From the NCBI GenBank assembly GCA_965198235.1, contig OZ240248.1, positions 2,976,001 through 3,040,000 on the forward strand: a stretch of 64,000 nt of DNA. Reading direction: 5' to 3'. A model generated the notes under the pieces. The model saw only the letters and a program-made list of their open reading frames with translations. It made no database searches and was not told where the DNA came from. Numbering within the stretch: the stretch's first letter is position 1; every line of letters starts with the position of its first letter. Position numbers and translations under genes: made by a program. Below are positions 30,910 to 40,469 of the stretch, in pieces. This DNA is from Candidatus Poribacteria bacterium (GTDB taxonomy: Bacteria > Poribacteria > WGA-4E > WGA-3G).

Positions 30910-30989
30910 CCAGACGATAGGAACGTTCCGTGAATTCACAAGTATCGCGATTCGGAGATCGTTCCTGCAGGGAAATAGGAGATCTTTTG

Positions 30990-31310
30990 ATGCGAGATAA
31001 ATTACCCGATTTTCTTCAGAATGTGATTGAAGAATATCCCGATGTTTGGAAAGCGTATCAGGCATTGGGTGAAGCGTGTGGTACCGCCGGTCCTCTTGAA
31101 CAGAAAACCGTGAGGCTTGTTAAACTCGCATTGGCTATCGGCGCGAAGTCTGAAGGCGCAGTGCATTCGCATGCACGGCGTGCCCTCCGAGAAGGCATTA
31201 CGCCAGAAGAGTTACAACAGGTCGCACTGCTCGCGGTGACTTCTATCGGTTGGTCTTCGAGTATGGCGGCATTGTCTTGGATTCAAGATGTCGTGGACAA
31301 ACAATCGTAG
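30990..31310 (+). CDS. Carboxymuconolactone decarboxylase (CMD/AhpD-like) family protein
   Basis: GPL...RLVKLALAIG...AVHSHARRAL; GGAG RBS. Confidence 0.85.
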   Translation: MRDKLPDFLQNVIEEYPDVWKAYQALGEACGTAGPLEQKTVRLVKLALAIGAKSEGAVHSHARRALREGITPEELQQVALLAVTSIGWSSSMAALSWIQDVVDKQS

Positions 31311-31329
31311 TTTGATCGGGAAAATCAGC

Positions 31330-32616
31330 ATGGATGCAGGTTATGAATGCCGCTCCTTGACGCTTGGGAAGCGCACCTACCGGGTTTTAATCCTCATTGC
31401 TATCCTCTTATGGATCACTCCGTCTGTTAGCAGAACCGAAACGACATCAACGTTTCAGCAGGGCATGGAATATGTCAAACTTCGGCTCTATCCACAAGCA
31501 GTGGATACCTTTAAATCGATCTTATCACGCGATCCGACAGATGTAAACGCGCTTTTTCAACTGGCGAATGTCTATAAAGTGCAAGATGAGCTGGAGTTAG
31601 CGATTCAGACGTTTAACACCCTTTTGGCGCAGCTTACAGGTTCCCAAAACTTGCCGTTGAATGCCACAACTACAGAGCGGATCCACGGATTAGCGCACCT
31701 CGCGCTATCGGAAATCTATTGCAAGCAGAGCAAATTGGACATCGCCGAGCAGCATGCTAAAGAAGCCGTTCAGAGGTGTCCAACGGATGCGGATATGCAT
31801 TATCGGCTCGGTTATGTCTACACACATCAAGCGAAGTTTGACGCTGCACTCACTTCCTTCAAACATACCCTCGTACACAACCCCGATTTTGCCGAAGTTT
31901 ACGAATGGCTCGGTTTGATCGCCCTCATGCAACAGAAGCCGCAGCAAGCGGTGGCGTATTATCAGAAGACAATAGCAAGAAAACCGTACGTTCAGAGTGC
32001 CTATTATAACCTTGCCAAAGCTTACCGACTCCTTGGTGATATGCCGGCAGCAACGGAACAACTTAAGGTGTTCCAGCGGATGAAAACCTACTATGATCGG
32101 ACCTACGCACTTGAAAGTGCTTTGGCAGAAGATCCAATGAACACGACGCTCCGACTGCAATTAGCAGAAGTCCATCTGGCGCACAAACACATCTCGGCAG
32201 CAATTACGACATATCAAAGCCTGATCCGGCTGAGTCCAGAGTTGGTGACTGGATACGATAAGTTGGGGCGACTCTACATGGATCTCAACATACCCCAGCG
32301 CGCCATTCCGTTCTTCCAGAAAGTCCTTGAACTAAATCCAGACGCTGTGGAAGCGCATGTTCGGTTAGGGTGGCTCTATACCACACTGAAGGCGTTTGAC
32401 GAGGCAGAATCGCATCTGCAAGCGGCTATAGAGAAGATGCCCGGACTTACCTTAGCATACCACGGGTTAGCCGAAATTTACACGAAACAGGGGTATCTTC
32501 AGAAGGCGATAGATGTCTACCGACATATCACAGAAATCGCACCTAACGACAAAGACGCTTGGAAGGCATTACAAAACTTAGAGCGTTTGAAGAAGAATCC
32601 ACAAACGACGCGATAA
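31330..32616 (+). CDS. Tetratricopeptide repeat protein, probably exported
   Basis: Many TPR units; hydrophobic N-terminal segment; start uncertain. Confidence 0.85.
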   Translation: MDAGYECRSLTLGKRTYRVLILIAILLWITPSVSRTETTSTFQQGMEYVKLRLYPQAVDTFKSILSRDPTDVNALFQLANVYKVQDELELAIQTFNTLLAQLTGSQNLPLNATTTERIHGLAHLALSEIYCKQSKLDIAEQHAKEAVQRCPTDADMHYRLGYVYTHQAKFDAALTSFKHTLVHNPDFAEVYEWLGLIALMQQKPQQAVAYYQKTIARKPYVQSAYYNLAKAYRLLGDMPAATEQLKVFQRMKTYYDRTYALESALAEDPMNTTLRLQLAEVHLAHKHISAAITTYQSLIRLSPELVTGYDKLGRLYMDLNIPQRAIPFFQKVLELNPDAVEAHVRLGWLYTTLKAFDEAESHLQAAIEKMPGLTLAYHGLAEIYTKQGYLQKAIDVYRHITEIAPNDKDAWKALQNLERLKKNPQTTR

Positions 32617-32626
32617 ATTTCTCCTT

Positions 32627-34312
32627 ATGCGGAAAACTAATCTTAATGGCATCCCGTCCCTCTATCGCCTTTTCGCATTCGCACTTATAAGTTTCCAATA
32701 TTGCACAATCGCGGTCCCAGAACCGATTTTCGTCGATGTTACGGAATCCGCAGGGATAACATTTGTGCATACCGACGGCAGAAGCGGTTTGAGACTCTTC
32801 AATGAATTCCTCGGATCCGGTGGTGGATTCTTCGATTATGATGGAGACGGTGATCTCGACATCTACCTCGTCAATGGCGCGGTTCAAACAGGAAATGGAC
32901 AAGACCAAACCTCGCATAACGTCCTCTATCGAAACAACGGCGATAACACCTTCACCGATGTCACCGACAAAGCAGGTGTAGGAAGTAGTGCCTACGGCAC
33001 CGGTGCCGCTGTCGGTGATTACGATAACGACGGCGATATAGATCTGTACGTTACCAACTTCGGTGGAGATCAACTCTATCGGAATAATGGTGACGGGACA
33101 TTCACAGACGTGACAACACACGCCCAAGTTAACAATCCGAACTGGGGCACCAGTTGTGCGTTTGCCGATGTGGATAACGATGGACACTTGGATCTCTATG
33201 TGGCGAACTACGCCGCATACGTACCGAAGGACGACATCCGGTGTGAAGAACGCGGGGTTCACGTCTATTGCGGTCCGCATGCGTATCCGGCGGTTCATGA
33301 TACCTTTTACAAGAACAACGGAGATGGCACCTTCACCGATATGTCGGCTTTGTTTCGTCCCTCGGACCTGATTCCGCAACACGGTTTAGGTGTAACGTTC
33401 GGCGATTACGATGCCGATGGAGACACCGACCTCTACGTCGCGAACGATCAGGATCCGAACTTTCTGTTTCAAAACAGCGGGATCAGTAATTTTTTGGAGG
33501 TTGCATTAATTTCAGGTGTATGCTATAATGATATGGGTAAAGAGGAAGCCGGCATGGGTACTGATTTCGGGGACTATGACAACGACGGATGGCTCGATCT
33601 CACCGTCAGCAACTACCAGACCGAAACCAATACCGTTTATCATAATCATGACGGCACCTTTTTTATCGACAATACGATTACATCAGGTATCGCAGAAGTA
33701 ACACACGGCTATTTGGGATGGGGCATCAAATTTTTTGATTATGACAACGATGGATACCAAGACATCTTTGTCGCGAACGGGCACTTGATGGATAACATTA
33801 CCGTGCTTGAGAAGCATGTAACCTATCCACAAAGGAATCTGTTGTTCAGGAATTTAGGCGACGGCAGGTTCACCAATGTCATATCAGAGACGGATGGCTT
33901 GGCACAGGAAAAGGTGAGTCGCGGTGCTGCTATCGGTGATTACGACAACGATGGCGACCTTGATATCCTTGTCACCAATTGCAATCAACGTCCAGATCTG
34001 CTCCAAAACGCCATCGGGAATCGAAATAATTGGATACAGATCCAAATCGTCGGACAAAAAAGCAACCGCTCTGGGATTGGCGCAAAGATTAAAGTCGTCA
34101 CCGGAACACATATCCAGTATTGGGAGGTACAGAGTGGCGGGAGTTATCTCTCCTTTCACGACTTGCGTGCCCATTTTGGCGTTGGCAAAGTGGAACAGAT
34201 TGATCTTCTTGAAATTCGCTGGCAAAGCGGACACATTGACCGAGGGATACACCTCCCCGTCAACCGGAAGTTTCTGGCAGTTGAAGGGAATGGGATTGTT
34301 TCGATAGATTAA
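32627..34312 (+). CDS. CRTAC1 family protein (FG-GAP repeats + ASPIC/UnbV)
   Basis: Repeated GDYDNDGxxDL; GGSYLS...HFGVG...IRW. Confidence 0.92.
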   Translation: MRKTNLNGIPSLYRLFAFALISFQYCTIAVPEPIFVDVTESAGITFVHTDGRSGLRLFNEFLGSGGGFFDYDGDGDLDIYLVNGAVQTGNGQDQTSHNVLYRNNGDNTFTDVTDKAGVGSSAYGTGAAVGDYDNDGDIDLYVTNFGGDQLYRNNGDGTFTDVTTHAQVNNPNWGTSCAFADVDNDGHLDLYVANYAAYVPKDDIRCEERGVHVYCGPHAYPAVHDTFYKNNGDGTFTDMSALFRPSDLIPQHGLGVTFGDYDADGDTDLYVANDQDPNFLFQNSGISNFLEVALISGVCYNDMGKEEAGMGTDFGDYDNDGWLDLTVSNYQTETNTVYHNHDGTFFIDNTITSGIAEVTHGYLGWGIKFFDYDNDGYQDIFVANGHLMDNITVLEKHVTYPQRNLLFRNLGDGRFTNVISETDGLAQEKVSRGAAIGDYDNDGDLDILVTNCNQRPDLLQNAIGNRNNWIQIQIVGQKSNRSGIGAKIKVVTGTHIQYWEVQSGGSYLSFHDLRAHFGVGKVEQIDLLEIRWQSGHIDRGIHLPVNRKFLAVEGNGIVSID

Positions 34313-34397
34313 CCTATGTTAAAAAAGTAAAATACTTCTCTTCGCTGGCGAGGTTTGTAACCTCGCCCTATCCCGAAGAGACTTTCATGGAGGAAAA

Positions 34398-35173
34398 ATG
34401 AAAACCCTGTTTATAATGCTAACAGTCTTTTACGCGTTTACGGCATCTTTTGCCTACGCGTTGAACGAACCGGAGGATTCTCTCATCCTCTACTTCTCTT
34501 TTGATGAACTCGATGGTAAAACGCCATCGATCATTCAAAGTATGAGAACCATGGTGAAATAGTCGGCAATCCAAAGCACGTTGAAGGCAAATTCGGCAAA
34601 GCTTTGGAACTTAACGGCAAAAGCGACTGGGTTGTGGTGCCGCATCACGAGATTCTCACCGTTGACGAGAGTGTAACAGTGATGGCTTGGATTAATACTG
34701 AACGCCATCAAGGACCTGGTGGACAGCGGTGGCAAGGCATTGTTGCAAAGAGCAACGGTCCACGTTCCTATAGTTTCTACACCGAATTTCCGAGTGAATG
34801 TTTGCACCTCAGTGTCGGTGGCGGAAGCGTTTGCAACAAAAAGGTCCCCCTAAATGAATGGGTACACGTCGTCGCACAGGTAGATGGCGGCTCGACACAC
34901 AAGTATTGGGTGAACGGTGAAGCAGCTGGCGAATTCGGTGGCAAAAATAATCCACCCGGTAAAGCCGATACAGCGGATGTCCTTGTGGGTAAAACACACG
35001 AAAATCAACGCGAATTCCTTGGGCTCATTGACGAGGTCCGTGTCTGGAACCGTGCCCTTGATGAGGATGAGGTTATTGAACATATGGAGAGCGGCTATTT
35101 CGATATTTTCGCCGTTGATCCGCGCCAGAAACTCGCCACAACTTGGGGACACTTAAAGACATCACAACGATAA
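34398..35173 (+). pseudogene. Secreted LamG-like protein with a single frameshift near 34518
   Basis: GGAGG-ATG at 34398 gives a signal peptide and LYFSFDELDGK; the frame switches at GGTAAAACG into ORF 34604-35173, which ends AVDPRQKLATTWGHLK. Confidence 0.75.
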
Positions 35174-35281
35174 AATTTGTCCGGGTGCGCGCTTCTGAAT
35201 CGCAATAATGTAATACAAGGAATGGATTTAGTCTATTTCCAGATTAAATCCGGTTCTCAGCGCGCACTCTCTATCTACTTT

Positions 35282-35551
35282 ATGAGTCGTCAGTATTGGC
35301 TGAATGGTGAAGCCGTTGGCGAATTCAGCGGTCAAAACCCTTTACCGGGGGCTGCCGATACTGCGGATGTCCTCGTCGGGAAGACACACGAAGGCAACCG
35401 TGAATTCCTTGGACTCATTGACGAAGTCCGCATCTGGAACCGTGCCCTCAGCGAAGACGAAATTCTCGCGGAAATGGAGACATCGTTGACGCCAGTCGAG
35501 CCGCTTGGGAAACTGTCCACGACTTGGGCGGCACTGAAATCCCAAAGGTAG
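35282..35551 (+). pseudogene. 5'-truncated LamG paralog (C-terminal third only)
   Basis: YWLNGEA...ADVLVGKTHE...EFLGLIDEVRIWNRAL...PVEPLGKLSTTWAALK aligns to about 34903-35173. Confidence 0.75.
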
Positions 35552-35628
35552 ATACAGTTCTTTCAGAGGTGGTGCGGTTCAAACCGCACCTGTCTCTTTA
35601 TTTTGCGAAAAGGAGAATGTATAACGTC

Positions 35629-36030
35629 ATGAACGGAAAATTTATAGCGTCAGGGAACGTAGAACGAGACGAACTCGACTGGGGAACAATCGGTTGGCTC
35701 AGCCGCCCAGAAAGTACAGGCGCGAAAGACATTGTCGCCATGGAAGTTAGCCTCTCCCCCGGGTATGGACACGACTTCCATAAGCATCCTGACCAAGAGG
35801 AGGTTATCTACGTTATAGAAGGGAGTGTAGAGCAGTGGCTTGAGGATAAGAAGCAGACGCTCAACGCAGGTGACTCTGTATTCATCCCCGCAGACATGGT
35901 CCACGCATCCTTTAACGTCTCCTCTCAGTCAGCGAAATTATTTGTTACCCTCAGCCCCAGCAAAGGCGCAGAGGGGTATCAACTCATTGATGTTTACGAT
36001 CAGGCACCGTGGAATACGCTCCGCTCGTAA
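35629..36030 (+). CDS. Cupin domain protein
   Basis: HDFHKHPDQEE...GDSVFIP...H. Confidence 0.88.
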   Translation: MNGKFIASGNVERDELDWGTIGWLSRPESTGAKDIVAMEVSLSPGYGHDFHKHPDQEEVIYVIEGSVEQWLEDKKQTLNAGDSVFIPADMVHASFNVSSQSAKLFVTLSPSKGAEGYQLIDVYDQAPWNTLRS

Positions 36031-36126
36031 CCGTCTTTTTAACTTTTTTAACAATTGCTTCTGAGCTGCCCTTGCCGTTGTCAGGGAACAGTATTCCAAT
36101 AGTTAGAAAACCCGTCATAATCCAGA

Positions 36127-36310
36127 GGTGGTTGGAATTAACCGAAAACCACCGTGAAACGTTTTTTAAACGATGAGCCTCTGAACTGCTCTCCATTACA
36201 TTGCGAGCAGGTTTCAGATTTATTCAGTTGCTTTCCTTTAAAAACCCCGTAGGGGTGAAATCTCTGTAGAGGAACGGTGCCCAGATTTAATAGTTAAAAA
36301 AGTTAAAAAA
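36127..36310 (+). repeat. Composite repeat cluster ending at the ATG of 36311
   Basis: GTTGGAATTAACCGAAAAC; CCCCGTAGGGGTGAAATCTCTGTAGAG; TGCCCAGATTTAATAGTTAAAA. Confidence 0.75.
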
Positions 36311-37141
36311 ATGCTTGGAACGCCTGTCCCTGAAACATCAATGTCAATTCGCCAACGGATGCGTGAGTTCTACGAAACATCGGAAACCTATAAAGGGCTT
36401 CTATCTGCGCACGATGAAGCGTATCTCCGACACTACGTAGAATTGGTAATCCGCTATGCCCCGCCGCGTTCCAAAGTACTTGACCTCGGATGCGGGAACG
36501 GTATCTCGGCGCGGCTGCTCAATCAAGCGGATTTTGATGTCGTCGGAACCGACATCTCTCCGCTCTTTCTTGAAGACGCGCACGCATGGGAAAATCCGAG
36601 ACTCCGCTATCAAGTTTGCGATGTGATGGAACTTCCCTTTGAAAGCGAGTCCTTCAATGTTATCTGTTCAAACGAATTGATCGAACATCTGCCCGACGTA
36701 GAAACGGCGTTAACCGAGATGATAAGGGTTGTGTGCAAGGGCGGGAGAATTGTGCTTTCCGGACCCAATCTCTGCTCACCCTTAATTCCGTTTCTTGACT
36801 GGCTCAACCTGATGTTTGGCAAACCCGGCAGACCCGTCTGGGGTGAGACGAAACGGCAAGCGTTGCAGCAATTTACACGTAACTGCAGGCTCTATGTCTG
36901 GAAACGGTTCTTGACGAAATCACCGAACTTCATTTACCGTGAACCCGATTTACAGGCGGATGCCATCGGCGGTGATGCAGATAGTGCTTATTATGCCAGC
37001 TCTGTTGATCTCGCACAATTTTTCCGATCATACGGGTTCACGATAATCAGAAAAGCCGTTGGGTTCGGGATAAAAGGCAGGATGATCGCGGGCGCGTTTC
37101 CGTACTTGAGTCCTTATATCACGATGGTCGTCGAAAAATGA
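36311..37141 (+). CDS. Class I SAM-dependent methyltransferase (type 11)
   Basis: VLDLGCGNG, LPF, LIEHL, KGGRI. Confidence 0.88.
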   Translation: MLGTPVPETSMSIRQRMREFYETSETYKGLLSAHDEAYLRHYVELVIRYAPPRSKVLDLGCGNGISARLLNQADFDVVGTDISPLFLEDAHAWENPRLRYQVCDVMELPFESESFNVICSNELIEHLPDVETALTEMIRVVCKGGRIVLSGPNLCSPLIPFLDWLNLMFGKPGRPVWGETKRQALQQFTRNCRLYVWKRFLTKSPNFIYREPDLQADAIGGDADSAYYASSVDLAQFFRSYGFTIIRKAVGFGIKGRMIAGAFPYLSPYITMVVEK

Positions 37142-37980
37142 ACATTCGTCCGGACGATTTTGTCTTAGAAATAGGGAGCGGTCATAATCCGAAAGCACGC
37201 TCGGATGTTTTATGTGATAAATTTATATCGGACGACGAACAACGCGGCGGTGCAATCGTCACTGACCGCCCGATAGTGGAAGCGGATGGTCAGTTTTTGC
37301 CATTTGCAGACCGGGCGTTTGACTATGTTATCTGCTCGCATGTATTGGAGCACGTCGAAGATCCTGTGCAACTTATCACCGAATTAGAGCGCGTTGCACG
37401 CCGTGGATATATTGAAACACCCTCTGAAATAGGGGAGCGAATCTACGGCTGGCACTATCATAACTGGGTGGTCAACCTTGTTGATGGCTGTTTGATGCTG
37501 CGGAGGAATGAGAGAGATTCCCAGTTCGGACAACTCTTCCATAGGCTGGCGGCGACGGATAAGCATTGGAAACGGTTTCATCTTACGCATCATCACCTCT
37601 TGCTGGTCGAGTATGAATGGGAAAACGAAATAAACTATAAAATACTTCCCGATCAAAAGCCAGCATTGAACTTAGAATGCCCAGATACCCTTGAGAGACT
37701 CATTGCATCGGATAATAACACCTCAGGACAGAGTGAGTGGCTGCTACTTCTTAAAAACGTAGTACCGCGGCGCGTCGTTTCTCAGACAAAATCGCTCTTG
37801 GTAAGAAGCAAACGTCGCCAGACGAAAACATTACAGGAAATTCTCGTCTGCCCGCAGTGTAAAGGCGAGATTACATGGGAAGAACAGCGTCTCCACTGCG
37901 AAGTGTGTGAACGACACTATCCAATTGTGGATGGAATTCCGAGATTCTCTATAGACATTGCCCCCCGCTGGGGTGCTTAA
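37138..37980 (+). CDS. Methyltransferase type 11 with C-terminal Trm112-like zinc domain
   Basis: VLEIGSG, CSHVLEHV; ILVCPQCKG...CEVCERHYPIVDGIP; ATGA overlap with the upstream gene. Confidence 0.82.
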   Translation: MNIRPDDFVLEIGSGHNPKARSDVLCDKFISDDEQRGGAIVTDRPIVEADGQFLPFADRAFDYVICSHVLEHVEDPVQLITELERVARRGYIETPSEIGERIYGWHYHNWVVNLVDGCLMLRRNERDSQFGQLFHRLAATDKHWKRFHLTHHHLLLVEYEWENEINYKILPDQKPALNLECPDTLERLIASDNNTSGQSEWLLLLKNVVPRRVVSQTKSLLVRSKRRQTKTLQEILVCPQCKGEITWEEQRLHCEVCERHYPIVDGIPRFSIDIAPRWGA

Positions 37981-38056
37981 AAGGAATTCCTTTGAAGTTC
38001 TCCAGCGGAGAGTTATGTCTATAGGAGAAGGCAGCCCAGGAGCAATAAATTAAAAA

Positions 38057-39034
38057 ATGAATGTAGTACCGAAAGAATTTATCCGCGTGATGCCAGATAC
38101 AATCCGAGGCTTCGTCAGTGACGCTTTCCAGAAGGCAGGGACCTCAGAGGCGGACGCTACGCACATCGCACACCTGCTGGTTCTCACGGACCTACGCGGT
38201 GTGTTCAGTCATGGCACACGCCAAACGCCGGGATATGTGGGAATGATACTTGACGGCAAAGTAAATCCACGTCCGAACGTCCGCTGCATCGATGAATCCC
38301 CGACGACAGCGGTCTACGACGGTGATGGCGGTATGGGACATTTTGCCTCGTATCATGCCGCGAAAGCAGCGGTCAAAAAAGCCAAAGAGATGGGACTCGG
38401 TGCCGCAACGAGTCGGAATCACTTTCACTTTGGGAGTGCTGGCAAGTATTCACGGCTCGCACTTGAAGCCGATTGCGCCGGGTTTGCGGTCTCCTCCCAC
38501 CGTTTTCGACACAGCCCTGACAGCGCGATTGCCACCGCAACTGGAGCTTCGCCGATGAGTTTTGCAATTCCGGCGGGCAACCAGCCGCCCATAGTCGTCG
38601 ATATGGCAACCGGCGTTGATGCCAAGCTGCCGTTGGAACAAGCGTTTGAACAGAGTCCCGCTGCGTTCTTCAAGATGTTGGGTTTGAGTCATGTGAGTCA
38701 TGCACTCGGTGGGTTTATGGCAGGCATCTGGTTGTTCGATAAGCCGCCGGATCTCCCAATAATCTGGGAAGGTGCCAATCAAGGTGCTTTCATTGCAGCG
38801 ATTGACATTTCCCGATTCCGACCGATTGACGAGTATAAGGCGGAGATCGACCAACATATCCACGATGCCCGACAGATGCAACCGGCACCCGGCTATGACC
38901 GATCGGATCTGCCCGGCGGCTTAGAATGGGAGCGCGAACAGGAATGGGCTGAAATCGGCATCCCGGTTGGCGAAGAACATCGAGAACAGTTGAAAATAGT
39001 TGCTGAACGAGTTGGCATTCCGCTTCCATTCTAA
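38057..39034 (+). CDS. Ldh_2 family oxidoreductase (malate/L-lactate/L-sulfolactate dehydrogenase type 2)
   Basis: DLRGVFSHG, DGDGGMGH, HFG, DMAT, LPG. Confidence 0.88.
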   Translation: MNVVPKEFIRVMPDTIRGFVSDAFQKAGTSEADATHIAHLLVLTDLRGVFSHGTRQTPGYVGMILDGKVNPRPNVRCIDESPTTAVYDGDGGMGHFASYHAAKAAVKKAKEMGLGAATSRNHFHFGSAGKYSRLALEADCAGFAVSSHRFRHSPDSAIATATGASPMSFAIPAGNQPPIVVDMATGVDAKLPLEQAFEQSPAAFFKMLGLSHVSHALGGFMAGIWLFDKPPDLPIIWEGANQGAFIAAIDISRFRPIDEYKAEIDQHIHDARQMQPAPGYDRSDLPGGLEWEREQEWAEIGIPVGEEHREQLKIVAERVGIPLPF

Positions 39035-39139
39035 ATTCAGAATACTCTCAGCAAGCCAACAACGGCGGCTTGCGGAACTTAATCGAAAACCCTTGTGAAA
39101 CCAACATTGTAGTTTAACGCTTCGCGCAAAATTAAAATT

Positions 39140-40102
39140 ATGAATACCAATACAAACAATATAGAAGATCGAAATATCGTAATTATTGGCGGAGGCACCG
39201 CCGGTTTTGCCGCGGGCCTCTATACCTCCCGCGCAATGCTTGAACCTATCCTGATTACAGGAGACGCACTCGGCGGACAACTCTCTTTGACGCTTGATCT
39301 GGAAAATTATCCCGGCTTCTTTGGTAACGAGGCGGGAGTTTTTATACAGGGCATGCAAGAACAGGCAGAGCGGTTCGGCACTGAGGTCAAATTCGACACC
39401 GTAACGGCGGTTGACTTTTCGCAACACCCGTTTGCTGTCACCACCTATGAGAAAGAGTACCGTGCGAAATCTGTGATTATATGCACGGGTGCATCGCCGC
39501 GCACGCTTGATATTCCCGGTGAAGAGGGATATGGCGGACGGGGTGTCTCCTACTGCGCGACGTGCGATGGGTTCTTCTTCCAAGATCAGCGGCTTGTTGT
39601 CGTTGGTGGGGGTGACGCGGCGTTAGAAGAGGGCATCTTCTTAACCAAATACGCCTCCGAGGTGTATATCGTCCACCGCCGTGATCAGCTCCGGGCGAGC
39701 CAGATTATGCAGGAGCGCGCCTTCAAAAACGATAAAATTAAGTTTATCTGGGACACCGTCGTTGAGGAGATCAATGGCGACGCAGAAAAAGTGACAGGTG
39801 CCACCCTCAAAAACGTTAAAACCGGTGAGACGCAACTCTTCCCGATTGACGGTGTATTTATCTTTGTTGGACATATTCCGAACACAGAACTCTTCACAGA
39901 TGTCATACATACAGATGAGCAAGGGTATATCATTGTGGACGATATGCAACGCACAAACGTAAACGGGGTCTATGCCGCGGGCGATGTCCACGATCATGTC
40001 TTCCGCCAAGCGATTACCGCCGCAGGTGCCGGTGCTGCATCCGCTATCGCCGCTGAAAAGTTCATCGCAGAATTAGAGAACCGCGCCTATCCGGGGAATT
40101 GA
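39140..40102 (+). CDS. trxB: Thioredoxin-disulfide reductase
   Basis: GGQL, ENYPG, GVSYCATCDG, GGGDAALEE, HRRD, AAGDV, RQAITAAG. Confidence 0.95.
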   Translation: MNTNTNNIEDRNIVIIGGGTAGFAAGLYTSRAMLEPILITGDALGGQLSLTLDLENYPGFFGNEAGVFIQGMQEQAERFGTEVKFDTVTAVDFSQHPFAVTTYEKEYRAKSVIICTGASPRTLDIPGEEGYGGRGVSYCATCDGFFFQDQRLVVVGGGDAALEEGIFLTKYASEVYIVHRRDQLRASQIMQERAFKNDKIKFIWDTVVEEINGDAEKVTGATLKNVKTGETQLFPIDGVFIFVGHIPNTELFTDVIHTDEQGYIIVDDMQRTNVNGVYAAGDVHDHVFRQAITAAGAGAASAIAAEKFIAELENRAYPGN

Positions 40103-40118
40103 TCCGCTGAATAGGTAA

Positions 40119-40400
40119 GCTGTAAAGAAGATTGATATTCAGTTCTTACAGACAACAGGAGAAGAGCGTTATCAACAGGGACTCCAGCAAGGAGCTGAAC
40201 AAGGCGCGCTACAAACGGCGATCAAATCCCTCTTTGGTGTCCTTGAGTTTCGGTTTGATGGACGCGCCGTTCAGGTGCTTAGGCCCGCATTAGAAAGCAT
40301 CCAGGATATCCAACGTCTTGAACAATTGCATCACGAAGCTTTGCGCGTAGAAACCCTTGAGGCATTCGCCCGCACTTTGGACATGAGTGGTAATCGGTAG
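40119..40400 (+). pseudogene. Orphan C-terminal fragment of an Rpn/DUF4351-type protein, no canonical start (not in ORF track)
   Basis: Open frame AVKKIDIQFLQTTGEERYQQGLQQGAEQGALQTAIKSLFGVLEFRF...LESIQDIQRLEQLHHEALRVETLEAF...*. Confidence 0.6.
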
Positions 40401-40469
40401 GATTAATCTACGGTCCCAATATTATTTGCAACAATTTTCACGGAATTCAACTATAAGGAAACCGTTTCA

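Noticed and set aside
30930-30989. N-terminal extension of the CMD protein as an intragenic repeat
   Set aside because: A better RBS and ATG lie at 30990, so the REP-like copy is probably in the leader
32543-33382. 279-aa antisense ORF
   Set aside because: Shadow of the FG-GAP repeat gene on the opposite strand
34900-35551. Possible DGR template/variable repeat pair in the duplicated LamG 3' end
   Set aside because: Differences are mostly synonymous and involve all four bases rather than being adenine-specific, and there is no reverse transcriptase in the window
38921-39583. 220-aa antisense ORF, and similar shadows such as 953-1570 and 17379-17957
   Set aside because: They overlap well-supported genes and carry no motifs
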